A stretch of DNA of 63,990 nt, the filler included, from Conidiobolus incongruus B7586 (Eukaryota): NCBI GenBank assembly GCA_000697335.1. It is 8 parts of 8 records of this genome, joined end to end, with 100 filler letters (N's around TTAATTAATTAA, not from the genome) between each part and the next. Parts side by side here need not be neighbours in the genome. Positions count along the whole stretch, not along the records: positions 33,766 to 42,269 come from JNEM01006340.1; positions 42,370 to 49,963 come from JNEM01006341.1; positions 50,064 to 57,343 come from JNEM01006342.1; 5 more parts are not named here. One strand, given 5' to 3'. Shown piece by piece: positions 40,676-54,500 of the stretch. Within the stretch, counting starts at the first letter, position 1. The number at the start of each line of letters is the position of its first letter. The position numbers were made by a program, and so were the translations under genes. The notes below the pieces were generated by a model, which made no database searches, was not told the DNA's origin, and saw only the letters and a program-made list of their open reading frames with translations.

Positions 40676-42269
40676 ATAGTTTTAATGATTGGAGTTATTT
40701 TGATATATGCATATGAAATATGCCATAAAGTTATTAAAGCTTTATTTGTTTTAGTCAAATTTAGTTAGCATGAATTTTTCTTAAGTAATGTAATATTAAT
40801 TTTATATTTTGAAAGTTGTGGCGCAAGCTTAGTATTAAAATATATAAATATTCAATATTATTATAAATGGAGATAAGTAAATTATTTTGACATTGATTCA
40901 AAATAAAATCAAATAAAATAATGACTTTTGAATAACATAGTTATTTTCATTTTATTATAATTAAGAATATAGATAAAAAAATAAAAAATAATGAACCTAT
41001 TGAAATTTTGAAAAATTTTAAAATATCTTAATTTCCAAAATATATTAATAACTTATTTTATCATAACTTATATTAAAAATACTTTATATATAATAATAAT
41101 TGGGACAAGTGCATATGTATGAATTATTGAATATGGTATTACCTTTTTTGAATATTATAATTATTCTGATAAAGTTGATTTATTTAAGTATTTATCATCT
41201 GAAAAATAGTTTATTAAGATTCAAATTATAGGTTGAGAAAGAATATTAAAAATATTTACTTTATATATAATATAAATATAAAATAATAATCTCATTATAT
41301 AATTTTCATTTAAATGATATTAATTGAATTGAATTCAAAAATTTTCTAATAACTGTAACTCCTTATATTAAAACAATTAAATACATAACTATATATTTTT
41401 TGATATTAAATATTCTATAAATTGATAATAATATTAATAATGTTTTTGATTAATTTATTTTATTCTAATTTTACACTTGGAAATATAATAATGACAACTA
41501 ATTTAAAAATGTATATTCGATTATTATTTTGATATTTCAATTCTAAATCCCACTTAAATAAATTATTCAACTTTTCAATATAAACCATTTATCTTGTATT
41601 TTATTTATTTTTTAAACTCTCAGATTAAGTTTCAAATATTTATAATATTTTTTTATTTATTAATTCTATTTAGGTCATAAAAAATAATAGTTTATGAATC
41701 TACTATCTATCCTTAATAAAATTGGATATTTATAATTTTTATAAATTTATAAAAATTTATAAAATATCAGTATAAATGCTATAATTAATAATCTTTAAGA
41801 CCAAAATCAACTAATGTTTACTATATTAAAATTACAAATTAAATTGGTTTTGACAAACTTTAGTTTAGTTAAATTAAAAATTAATAATTTTTTAATAAAT
41901 ATTAATGGTTTAGAAGCTTTATAACTGAATGTATATTTCATTTTAATAGATACAATTTATAAAAACATTTTTCATAATTAATTATAAAATTATAATCATT
42001 TCAAAGCAATATTTATAATCAGAAAATTAATTGAATATTATATTCTGACAATATAAAAATTAAGAATAATTGATAATAAAGCTGTGAAGTTATTTTTTTA
42101 TAAATTAAGTCAGAATTAAATAAATTTTAATAAAAATATCTTTATAAGTAAGAATAGTTATTTTTATTAATTATTTAATTATAAAATTTAATAAAATTAG
42201 ATTATTAAATAATTTTGTCATTATTATAAAATATTTGGAATTTAAGATTCAATTAAATAGAAGTGAATT

Positions 42270-42369
42270 NNNNNNNNNNNNNNNNNNNNNNNNNNNNNNN
42301 NNNNNNNNNNNNNTTAATTAATTAANNNNNNNNNNNNNNNNNNNNNNNNNNNNNNNNNNNNNNNNNNNN
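42270..42369. other. Artificial contig linker
   Basis: 44 N + TTAATTAATTAA + 44 N. Confidence 0.98.
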
Positions 42370-45250
42370 TTTAAAAAAATATCTTTAATTAAAAAAAATC
42401 ATCTTATAAAGTTGGATAAAAATTTAGATATTATTATTAATATTAAATTAAAATTAATTAAGATCAAGTTATATAATTATAATAAATATATATTGATAAT
42501 AAGCTATAATTTAATATCAAGAATTAAATAAAAAATTGGATATTATATTTATTACATATATCAAAAGATAGGAATGTTTAATTTACAAATTAAGCTATTT
42601 TTAAATTATAAATATCTATAATATTATTAACTAAAAATTTCAAAAATTTAGTATTATCTTGGTTTTTGACTTAATTATTAATTAATAAGTATTAACCTAA
42701 AAATTCAAGTAATTGATGGATTTATGTTAAAAAAAGTTTTTTATTATAATGCTATTTATTAAAGTTATATATCCAAGGTAATTCATAGATTATAACTCAA
42801 TTTCTAAGAGATTAAAATTTATCAACACTAAGATAAAAACGATAGATGGTTAATAAGGCTATGAAATATATAAGTGAATCAATTATAATGACAATATTTA
42901 ATAATATCATAGAAGTGACTTTATTATTAAAATATTTACCTATAACATATATTTATTAATTTTTTTATATAAATATAATATTATATATTGGAAATTTAAA
43001 ATATTCAATTTATATTTTTATAAAAGAAAATTTATTTAAGAAAAAATTAAAATAATTGCATTATAATATTTTCCTTTATAATATATATAATTGAAAATTT
43101 TAATTAAATTTAAAAATAAATACTCAAATAATTTATTTATAAAATTTAAATATTTAAGTTTTTTGCTTTATAAAATAAATTAATATGTTACTGAATTAAC
43201 AATATACTTAAACATTATATTTTTTTATTTTTATTTTATAGCTTTTTCATTTAAAATGAAATAATAGATTTTATGTCATAGTTATATATTATAATTATTA
43301 TAATTTATGTTTTTATAGAAAAACACCAATTTTTATACCATAATTATTTCAAAGTTTAGGTTGAAATATTAAATCATTTTGATATATTAATTTGAATCTT
43401 TATCACTTGTTCTCTAATTTTATATGTTAATAAAAGTATTTTATAACTACAGAAGTTATATCAAAGAAATTTTTATAATTTAATGACTCTTAGGGTAAAA
43501 ATATTAATAAAGTGAAATTATTGCAAGTATATACATATTAGGAATGGAATTTATAAGTTAATTCAATCTGTATTTTAATAGTAATCGGAAATTAACACTG
43601 GTGGTATAGATTGGGACTCCTTGAATTGGAATTAAAATAAAACTAATAGTTTTTAGATTAGGTTGAAAATTACAGAAAAATGACTGAATATAATTCGAAA
43701 AATATTAGACTTGTTAAAACTTTATTTAATATTAAGTATCAAGGAGAGTTAATGCTCTAGTTACTATATATAATGAAGGATTATCTAGAACAGATAATGA
43801 GTCCAAATAAAAATTTTAGATTTTATTTTTAAGCTTAGTAAATATATTTTAAGAGATTTGATACATGAAAAAAATGGTAATGTATTTCGAAAATATAAAA
43901 TTATTTTTTTTAATTCTAAAGTTAATAGAGAAATAACTAACTAATTTGGTTACAGTTCATTTAATATGTTATTTATCTTGGTAGTTTTCGAACATAATTT
44001 TTTTCGGTGTGTTTATAATCAATATATCATTTAAAAGAGTTAATTAATGTAAAGTATGGACAAATATATTATTAAAGCAAACAGAATTCTATAAATAGAA
44101 AATATAAAATTTCTAATATCACTAGCACCTTAATTTGAAAATATTATGTATTAAATAATAGTAAATATATTGCTATGTGCAAAATAATGAATAATTAATT
44201 CATTTATATAAATTTATGGATTGAAAGCATAAAGAAAAATTAAAATTCAAGCTTAATAAAATACCTTATAATCAAGTTGAATCATTCTACAATATGTTTT
44301 ACAATCAATTAGAATAAGAATTACAGTACATCATGGCATATAATAAATACTTAAGCATAATTTTTTATCGTTTTAATTTACCATTGCTTGAAATATCAAG
44401 AATAATTTAAACGAATTATGTGTATATTTATTTCAAAACTATCGTGTTGTATAATAAATTAATGGACTAAACCTTTTGTTAACAGAATAATATTGTAAAG
44501 ATCTAATATTAAATTTTGAGACTAAATCATAATCGAAGATAATATTTTTATATGTTTAGATTTGAATCTAAGGTGAAATTTTAAAACGTATTTATACACT
44601 TGATCATCACTTGGTAATGGTTTATATCAAATTAATTTTCACATTAATTTCAATCAATAATATTCAAAAAACCTCAAATTTCTTTTGATTTATAAATTTA
44701 TATAATTTAACATCGTCTTTACTTATGACTTAATTTAGGTAACACTACTATAATCTTCCTTATAATTGATTATATCTGGTATTAACCTTATAAATCTCAC
44801 AGGTCGGATAAATAATTTAGGCTAATGAGAAATTATGTTAATTGATAAGGTTTGCAACTGAATAGAAATTTAGTTATTGTATTAAACCCTTTGCTTGATT
44901 TAAAATTTATTTGGAATAAATTCTGTAACAGTAGCAAATGGTTTTAATAACCGAATTAAAATATGGTGGAATGAATTAATAATTTAATTTAACACGACTA
45001 GTTTTGGTTGAATCAGCATATAAAAATGAAGTTTCTACTCATCTCATCTCGTGATTATTGTGAGATTTTATCCATTTCATATTGGTCATGTGCATGATAA
45101 TAACCGTGTAATCATATCTAATTATAATTGCAAATATTGGGTAATATAAGACGAGAAAGGGATATATAAATTAAATGTGAGATCATTATTAAGAACTACT
45201 TTATCGTAATATATTTATTTATAATTTATTAAATAGTATCAGACGTCATC

Positions 45251-47476
45251 ATGTCGGGATACTTGATTCAATTTACTACCGTTTTCCTGAGTTTATTAGT
45301 ATCAGGAGTTGTTTCCCAAGAACAGGGTTATGCCACTTATCCTTCTGGTGGCCATCATTGGAACTACCCTAAGGCTAGAAGAGATCCATCTTACGTTGAT
45401 CGTCTCCATGGTTACAATGTTACCAATCATTATGGATGGTTGGAAGATTTGACCTCTGCCGAAACTAAGCAATTCGTCAAAGATAACAATGCTATCACTC
45501 AAAAATTCCTTAATCAACATAAGGATCGCAAATTGATTCAAAAGACTTTGGAAACTTTGTATAATGTTACTGTTACTGATCCTAAGACTAAGGCTGGTAA
45601 CTACTCTTACTGGACTGCTAGATCTGGTCTCCAAGGTAACAAGATCCTTTACCGTCAATTGGGCAATGAAACTCAACAAGTATTCGTTGATCCTAATGTT
45701 CTCTCTCCCGATGAAACTGGATTCATTCAAAGCTTCTCTGCTTCCCCTGATAACAAGTACATTGCTTACCTTGTTGCTCGTAAAGGTTCTGACTGGAAGG
45801 GTATCTACGTTCGCACTAATGATGCTAAAGCCGAACTTGTCGAAGAACTCCCTTGGACTAAAGATAATGGCGTTACCTGGAACCCTCAAGCCAATGGCTT
45901 CTTCTATGGCAAGTATCCTACCCCTACCAAAACTCCTTGGGATGATGCTGGTCTGGATGACTCTCCTGCCCTTAACTATAAATTGTACTATCATACTATT
46001 GGCCAAAAGCAATCGGAAGATCAATTAGTACATGAAGTTCCTAAAGACTCTCCCTTCAGCAGTGGTATTGACTTCTTAGGTGATGATAATCAATGGGCTT
46101 ATCTTTTAACCGAATACTCTCTTGCCTATGCTGAGACTGACAAGTTCTTCAAATCTGGTAATGTCAGAGATTTGGCTTGGAAGAAGATCTATGAACACGA
46201 TGGTACTGGTGACAGCTTCTACGTTGTCAATCATGGTTCATTGAAATTGGATAACAAGACTTTCCTCTGGTCCACCAACGAAAAGGCTCCCTATGGTAAG
46301 GTTGTCAAATTCAACTTGGATAACTTTGATAAGCGTGTTGATTACTTGCCCGAACAACCTGGTTATGGTTTCAACAGTCTTAAGATTTATAAAGAAAAGG
46401 CCGTCGCCAAATACTCCAAGGATGGTGTCTACCATCTCTTGATCTTCGATGCTAAGGCTCCCTCCAAGCCTTTGCACTCCTTCCGTGCCCCCGTTGGTGA
46501 ATTGAAATCTTTCAAACTTGATGATACCGAAAATATCCTTACTTATGATGTTGCTGATTTAATTTATCCTTCCAAGACCTATGAAATTCGTCTTAACTCC
46601 ACTGATTTGACTCCCAAGTTGATCAAGACTGCCGATACTCTTCCCGGATTCCCTGCCAGTCAATATGAAGTCACTCAACTTCACTATCCCTCCAAGGATG
46701 GTACTATTGTCCCCATGACTTTTGCTCATCCTAAAGGTATCAAGAAGAATTGTAAGAACCCTATCCTCTTATTCGGTTATGGTGGCTTCTCCATCTTCAA
46801 CTCCGGTACTCCCAAGGAACACTTCCAAACTCTTCTCCAATTATACAATGTCTCCATTGCCATTCCTCACATTCGTGGTGGTTCCGAAAACGGTGAACCC
46901 TGGCACACTGATGGTGTCATCCTCAAGAAGCAAAACAGCTATGATGACTTCCAATGGGCTGCCAAGTACCTCGTCAAGGAAAAGTATACCAGCCACAATT
47001 TGATCATTGCTAACGGTCGTTCCAATGGTGGTGTTTTAACTGCTGTCACCTTCAACCAAGCTCCAGACTTGTTTGCTGGATTCGTCGCTGACGTCGGTGT
47101 CCTGGATCTTGTTCGCTACCAACACTTCACCTATGGTACTACTTGGTACACTGATTTTGGTGATGTCAACAAGAAGGACGAATTTGTCAACATCTTGAAG
47201 TACTCTCCCTATCATAATGTGCAAGCCAGACTTAACACTCCTCCTCTCTTGATCACCACTGGTACTCATGATGACCGTGTCTCCCCTCACCACAACTACA
47301 AGTTTGCTGCTAAGGCTCAATACTTGAACCCCAACCGCAAGAATCCTATCCTCTTAGCTACTACTGAGAATGCCGGTCACGGTTGTTCTGGATGTGGTAA
47401 ACCCGTTAAAATGGAAATTAGCGATCGTAATAATTTCATCACTTTCATTGCTACTGTTTTAAAGCTTAAAGCTTAA
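45251..47476 (+). CDS. Prolyl oligopeptidase (S9A) with N-terminal signal peptide, intronless
   Basis: YP.ARRD...D.LHG..V...Y.WLED, DPN.LS.D, GSDW, SKDGT.VPM, GYGGF, IRGG.E.GE.WH, triad GRSNGG / HDDRV / AGHG. Confidence 0.96.
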   Translation: MSGYLIQFTTVFLSLLVSGVVSQEQGYATYPSGGHHWNYPKARRDPSYVDRLHGYNVTNHYGWLEDLTSAETKQFVKDNNAITQKFLNQHKDRKLIQKTLETLYNVTVTDPKTKAGNYSYWTARSGLQGNKILYRQLGNETQQVFVDPNVLSPDETGFIQSFSASPDNKYIAYLVARKGSDWKGIYVRTNDAKAELVEELPWTKDNGVTWNPQANGFFYGKYPTPTKTPWDDAGLDDSPALNYKLYYHTIGQKQSEDQLVHEVPKDSPFSSGIDFLGDDNQWAYLLTEYSLAYAETDKFFKSGNVRDLAWKKIYEHDGTGDSFYVVNHGSLKLDNKTFLWSTNEKAPYGKVVKFNLDNFDKRVDYLPEQPGYGFNSLKIYKEKAVAKYSKDGVYHLLIFDAKAPSKPLHSFRAPVGELKSFKLDDTENILTYDVADLIYPSKTYEIRLNSTDLTPKLIKTADTLPGFPASQYEVTQLHYPSKDGTIVPMTFAHPKGIKKNCKNPILLFGYGGFSIFNSGTPKEHFQTLLQLYNVSIAIPHIRGGSENGEPWHTDGVILKKQNSYDDFQWAAKYLVKEKYTSHNLIIANGRSNGGVLTAVTFNQAPDLFAGFVADVGVLDLVRYQHFTYGTTWYTDFGDVNKKDEFVNILKYSPYHNVQARLNTPPLLITTGTHDDRVSPHHNYKFAAKAQYLNPNRKNPILLATTENAGHGCSGCGKPVKMEISDRNNFITFIATVLKLKA

Positions 47477-48845
47477 ATTTATTTTTATTTATTTAATTAA
47501 TAAAAAAAATTAATCAATTAACTGATTTAGTGTTAATGGTTAAAATTTTAATCCAATAATAAAATTTATTTTATATAATCCAAATTAATTTAGAACAATT
47601 TTGAACTTTAAATTGGTCTTTATCAATCAATGATAATATACAATACTAATGCATTGCATTGTAATCCGCATAAATTAACTAATTGTTGCATTTCAAAATT
47701 TACAGTTCATCTTGATTTCATAGTAAGCCAATGCTATTCCTAATTCAGGCTGACTTTATCAGTGCATAATTAAACTATATCATTCACTAAATCAACTATT
47801 TAAATAAGCTTATTAATATATAAATTACTAACAACTATCTTTATTGAAAAAAATTATTATAAAAAGAAAACATAATCATTCATATTAATAATTTTTTATA
47901 TGTTTTTTGAAATGATAAAATGATTTTATTAAAATTATATTAGATTGAATAATTATTGCTTTTGAATTTCATTTTGCTATTCATATTTAAATATATATTG
48001 TTTTTAATACAAAACTATTAACTAGAATATATACAAACCAAGATAAGTATTTTAGTGATATGTTGTTTTAATATAATATATTTTTCAATTTCTTCATTTC
48101 TAAGACCTGATAATTTATAATATCTTGTAAATTTTCTGAATTCTATTGATATAAAACATTCATATTTTATCCTATAATAATATTTATATAAATTTTCAAT
48201 TTGGAAATTATAATTAATTAATATATATTTTAATTATTTCCTAAAGTGTTTAGTTAATATCAAATTTATATTTTAATTAAATATTTTTAAAAAATCAATT
48301 TTGTTGCAAAAAAATATTAATGAAAATAAAAATATTTAATAATTAAAATGATATAACAATATATTAAATTTAAATATTTTTAATATATTATATTAAAGTT
48401 CAATATAATAAATAATAGATATTTTTTCAAAATTAAAAATTAAAAATTATCAGTGAATAATAAAATAATCAAAGGTTAAAAGTGGATATTTAATAAAATA
48501 AATTTTATTTATTCTATGTTAATATAAAAAGATCTTATTAATATATTTAAATATTTATTTGATATTTGATATTTAATCATTTTATTTATATATTATATTA
48601 TGATAATTAATTAATTAATTTACTCAATCTATTATAAAATATATTAATTATAAACTTATAATAGAATATTCACCCATTGGAAAGAATCCCTTAAAAGGGT
48701 ACAGAATATTAGGTAAAGAGCCAAAAAAGTTAGTAAAATATGAAAAAAAAATAAAGTTGAAGTTAAAAAAATAGAGGAGAATGTTTATTTAAGAAGGATG
48801 AATAATTTAAATATTTTAAAACTATTAAAAAAAGGTTTAAAATAT

Positions 48846-49242
48846 TATAAACATAGTGGTAGTTAAACCAGTATAGTGTAGAGGAAGCCTTAATACAAAA
48901 GTAATGTGGCACAGAATGTGGCAGGGTAACGTGGGATATAGTGTGCGAATGTAAACAAAGTTTAATTAAGCTTCAAACTGGGAAAAGTCACTGATATATT
49001 AAGATTTATATTAGGTAATGCCAATATATTATAATATTGACAGAATCTAGTTTCAATCTTAGAAGTAATGTAAAAGATAAGAAATAATAAGAATTGAGAT
49101 AAAAAAAACCTAGTTTATTAAATAATTCAATATTATTTATATAAATAATTTAGTTATAAAAGTATAAATTAATAATATAATTTATAGTTAATTGAATTAT
49201 ATAGAAATATATATAAGTATTTAAAAAACTAATCTCTTAACA
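48846..49242 (-). mobile_element. Solo LTR of the Ty3/Gypsy family at 51148-56859
   Basis: Reverse-complement match to the 400-bp LTR, flanked by 5-bp TSD AATAT (48841-48845 / 49243-49247). Confidence 0.9.
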
Positions 49243-49963
49243 AATATAGAATTCATAAAATATTTTAAGTTCTTAGGGTTAGGGATTAAAATATCTTTAT
49301 TAAAGCTTATAAAAGTATTTATAATTTATAATTTTAATTTTAATATCCAAGACCTTAAAAGGTTTTTGATAATTTATTTAAATCCTATATATTATAGATA
49401 TATTATTAATATTAATATATTAAATATATAGAATATTATATCTTATAATATTTCAATTACAAAATTAGATACTATCAATATATATAAATATTTTAATTAA
49501 TTTTAATAATTGTTTTATTAATCATAATAGTTATTAATTTAATTAATTATTAATTAAGTTACTAATTTAATATAGTATTATAATATATATAATCTTAACT
49601 AAATATATAATAATTTCTTTTTTTAGTAATAAATAGGACTTAAATTAATATTAATATTAGTTTCCCTTTATAAAATTTTAAAGATGCTAGGTTATTTATT
49701 TTGAATTAATTAGAAAGAAATATAATATCAATAATTAGCTTTTTTATTTAAAATTAAAAATTTATTATTTAAAAAAGAATCGAAATATATCCAAATAAAT
49801 TATTATAATCTTTATTATATAATATTAATTTAACTATCAATTTATATGAATTTGTTTAATTATTTTATAATTATAATATATAACTTATTAATATAAATCA
49901 TCAATTATTTCATTTTCAATTAATTAATTTATTTTACTTTATTCAAGGATATAATAATTTTTT

Positions 49964-50063
49964 NNNNNNNNNNNNNNNNNNNNNNNNNNNNNNNNNNNNN
50001 NNNNNNNTTAATTAATTAANNNNNNNNNNNNNNNNNNNNNNNNNNNNNNNNNNNNNNNNNNNN
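49964..50063. other. Artificial contig linker
   Basis: 44 N + TTAATTAATTAA + 44 N. Confidence 0.98.
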
Positions 50064-51147
50064 TTTAATTAAAGATGTTTTTTTTAAAATATAAATGATA
50101 TCTATATTAATATAAAATATATATAATAAAATTAATATTAACTAATATTTCTATATAGTCTTATATTTCTTGTTATATTTTTATAATAATATTATACTTG
50201 TTTATAATAGCTAACTTATAAATATATTTCTTATTATAATTATTTATAGGCTTAATATATTTAAGTTTAAATTTAAATATATTTTTATTATTATTCTTAA
50301 TAACTTTAACTATAATAAATTAATTAATACTAATAATTTTAATAATATCATAAGTTAATTTATTTTCTTTGTAAAATTGCTTAATATATATATGAACTAT
50401 TTTAAAAAGGGATTTAAACATAATGATATTAATAAAAGGTATTTAATATAACTATAAAATATTATATAAAATAATAACAAAAAAATAAAAAAATGATTAT
50501 ATATTATTAAATATATTTTTTTATTTTAAAAACTTATAAATTTATAATTTATCTTAATTAAATATAATAGGTTAATATTATTGCTAATAATTTATTAAAT
50601 ATATCTAACTATATTCTTTTGTTATCAAATAATATATATTAATTATATATTATAATTTCAGGTAGTTTAATATTTATAATAATTTTAGTTATTAGTAAAA
50701 ATATTTATATTTTTAATTTTAAACTTAATTTTTTAGTTTAATATATTAATTAAATCTTTTTATTATATTTTAATTATTTTTAATATTTAAAAGAGATTTT
50801 TTTTATAAAAATTTAAAAGTTAACATTATTTAAATAAATTTAATTAATTTTTAAAGATTTTTTCAAATGGTAAGTTTTAAATAGCTATAAAAAACTAATA
50901 TTATAAAATTAATAATCTAATAGATTTATTAGAAATTATAGATATTTCTAATTATACTTAATTTGAGAATTTATTAAAGATTTAACTATATAAACTATAT
51001 ATTTATAACTAAAGCAATATTATAATATAATATATTAAAAATATAAAAAACATTGTATATATTTATTTTATTATAGATATTTAATGAAATTAAAATATAT
51101 TATTATATTTTATATTAATAATTAATATTTATTTATTTATTAAAATT

Positions 51148-51547
51148 TGTTAAAAGACTAGTTCTCTAAATTCTTATATATACTTTCATATAATCCAATT
51201 AACTATAAATTATATAATTAATTTATACTTATATAGTTAAATTAATTATATAAATAGCATTGAATTATTTAATAAACTAGGTTCTTCTTTTTTTCTCTCA
51301 ATTCTTACTATTTTTTACTTTTACACTATTTCTAAAATTGAGACTATATTCTGTTGATATTATAGGATATTAACACTACCTAATATAAATCTTAATATAT
51401 CAGTGACTCATCCTAGTTTGAAGCTTAATTAAACTTTGTTTACACTTGCACACTACAGCCACATTATATTACTATATTCTACACCACATTAATTTTATAT
51501 TAAGTTTTCCTCTATACTATATTAGTTTAACTACTACTATACTTATA
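51148..51547 (+). repeat. 5' LTR (400 bp)
   Basis: Starts TGT and ends ACTTATA (CA end mutated to TA); ungapped alignment to the 3' LTR. Confidence 0.93.
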
Positions 51548-51555
51548 TGGTAGCA
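51548..51555 (+). promoter_or_regulatory. Primer binding site, probably initiator tRNA-Met type
   Basis: TGGTAGC immediately after the 5' LTR, like the Ty3 PBS (TGGTAGCG). Confidence 0.7.
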
Positions 51556-54500
51556 GTAACAAAACTATTAAAAACCTATTAGAAATTAATAACTATCTAT
51601 ATCAAACTTAATTATTACTATTTTAAATTTTATCTATAATTTATTTCATTTAAATTTAACACTATATTCTATAATACCACTAAAAAAAGATACCTTTATA
51701 TTATTTTAATAATGATAACAGCTTTATTACTAAGTGAATTTAAAATTTTAGTCTTTAAAAGCTTACTACCCTCTAAAAAACTTATATTAGACAATTTCTG
51801 ATTGAAAAAAACATGTCTCAAAGAGCTTAAATCTAACAAACCAGCTACTTTACTATAATTAATACATTAAACCACCTCTTTAGTATTTTTAAAGATAAAT
51901 TAACTATTTATGATAGTTTTAAAAACCTTTACAAGTTTAAAAACTACCTTAAAAATATAAAATTACCTTGATTTAATCCTAGATAAAAATCTAAAGAATA
52001 TCTTTAAATTAGCTACTTTTTTTTGGAAAAATTTGTTTATACTTAGTAGTTAACTTATTATAAGTTTAATCCTAAAAAATCTTCAAGAGGATAGCTTATT
52101 ACAAAAATATAAACTTTTAAACAATTGGAAAAAGCATTTAAAGAAAGATATTACCTAAAAGATTAAGTTTAATTAACAAGAGAAAAGCTTTCTTAACTTA
52201 AATAAAAAACTTTTACAAAACAACTAATTGAAAAATTTAATGAGATATGTTCAAATATACCAAATATCACTGAAGAAGAATAAATCCACAAATTATTACA
52301 ATACTTTAACTTTTAAATAAAGCTCTAGTTAGTTAGTAGGGAATACTTTAATAATATGTTTTTTTCTGACATTTGTGATACAACAATTATAATTGATAAT
52401 ATCTTTTACTTTATAATTAAATCTTCCTACCCTAAAAATTAATCTTATAAACTTTACTCTAACCCACTTAAGTTTTAAATAATAGATGTTTCTAATTTAA
52501 AACTTTATAAGAAAACCTTTAGTAAAGAAGCTAAAGTTTACTTGAGAATAAACAAAGGTTGTTATTACTATTAAAGGACTTAAATTAATTATAGAGTTGA
52601 TAAATACCCTTTAAGAAAGCAATATCTGTTTAATTTTCAACAATCTTAACTTACCAACCATAAATCAAACTTGAATAATATTAAAATAACTTTAGAATTA
52701 CCCCTTTCACAATTAATTAGCAGATTCTAATTTAATCCACAAAAACTCTAATAGACTACTAATTCCACAAATTAAACTATGTATACTAGAGAAATCCAAC
52801 TGATTAAACTATTAGAAACTAGAGATATTCTAGTAACTAATCTATCTTGTGATTTTTTACCTTTAACTATTACCCTATTGTTTATGTTAATTAGTTTTTT
52901 TATAAACACACTTGTTAGTGTTTTAATTAATTCTAGTTGTTTTAGTTATATTATCTCTTCTTCTATTATTATAAAGCTATCTTTACCTATTTAAAAAAGT
53001 AATTTGATAATTAAGTATGCTAACAATTTAATAGAACAAACATCTAGTATTATATTTAAATACTTATCATTACCTTTTAACTACTCCTAATATATTAAAT
53101 TCCTAGTTGGTAACATTAGTTATAATTTTATACTAGGTTAAAATTAGTTTAAATATCACAGTTTTATATCTATGAATATTACCTTAAAAAGCTACAAATT
53201 TATTTTTTTCACATTCTAAAAAAAATTAATGGAATTAATCTCAAAAAAACTACATTACCTTATTATAAAATTATTAAATATTATACTTAACACTAACTTT
53301 ACAATTGTAGCAAATAATTCTATTATTATAAGCAAAAACCAATATAAAAAACTAATTAAAAACCCTAATAATTTATAAAGATATATATTTGTTTATTACT
53401 TATCTATTAGTACTTCATCTGTTAATTTCAATAAAGTTATATTTAATCACCACTTCTTATATAATATAATAAGTTAGTTTGTTAATGTTTTTGAATCTAT
53501 AGATAAATTACCTTTTAAATATAATATTAAGCATAAAATTAAATTACTCTTTAATATACAACTATACTTAAAGTTTACTTACCATTTATCTCTTAAACAA
53601 TATTAAATTTTAAAAGAAGAAATCTAAAAACTACTTAAAAATAAATATATTAGACTTTTTTCTTTACCATAAAAATTTCTAATCCTTTTTGTAAAAAAAG
53701 CTGATGGTGGTTAGAGACTATATATTAATAATTTTGTTTTAAACTCTAAAGCTATCAATAATAAAACTTTATTACTAAACCTATATAATATTAGGGATAA
53801 ACTACTTAAATCAATTATATTTACTAAACTAGATGTTAAGAGTAAATATTATAATATTAAAGTTGAAGAAAATTCTATCTTTTTAACTATTTTCAACACT
53901 TTTTTAAGTTACTATAAATTTATTGTTATAAACTTTAGATTATGTAATACCTTTACAACTTTTACTTAATTTATCAATTCCCTTTTCAACCCTGTTTTTA
54001 ATAACTTTATTATTATATACCTTAATGATATCTTAATCTATTTAAAAATTAAAGAAGAATATATTTAATATATTAATTAAATCTTACAAATTATTTAAGA
54101 ACATAAATTACCTTTAAAACTATCAAAATACATCTTTAGTACCTTTTCTATCTTTTTTTGTGGTTATATTATTTCCTTTTAAGGAATTAGTATTGACCTA
54201 ACTAAACTCAATAGTGTTAAAGCTTTTATTATACCTATAAACAAAAATCAACTTATATTTGTACTTAAATTATTAAATTACTTTAAAGATTTCATTAATT
54301 CTTTTTTTAAACTTGTTGTTTTTCTTACTAATCTCTTGAAAAAAGACTCTCTTTTTAAATAAATCCTACTATATACTTTCTACATAAATGTTTTGATTTT
54401 CTATATTACCAATGTTTTTGCTTTATCTATCTTTAATCTAAAACTACCTACTATTATTTTTACTAACTTTAATTCTTTCACAATTAGTAAATAATTAGCT

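Noticed and set aside
45302..47320. Long antisense and alternate-frame ORFs over the prolyl oligopeptidase (also over URA4, HOM2 and RNase T2)
   Set aside because: Expected by-product of biased codon usage in the real gene; no motifs
52779..52994. 71-aa hydrophobic ORF as a membrane protein gene
   Set aside because: It is the mutated aspartic protease region of the Gypsy element
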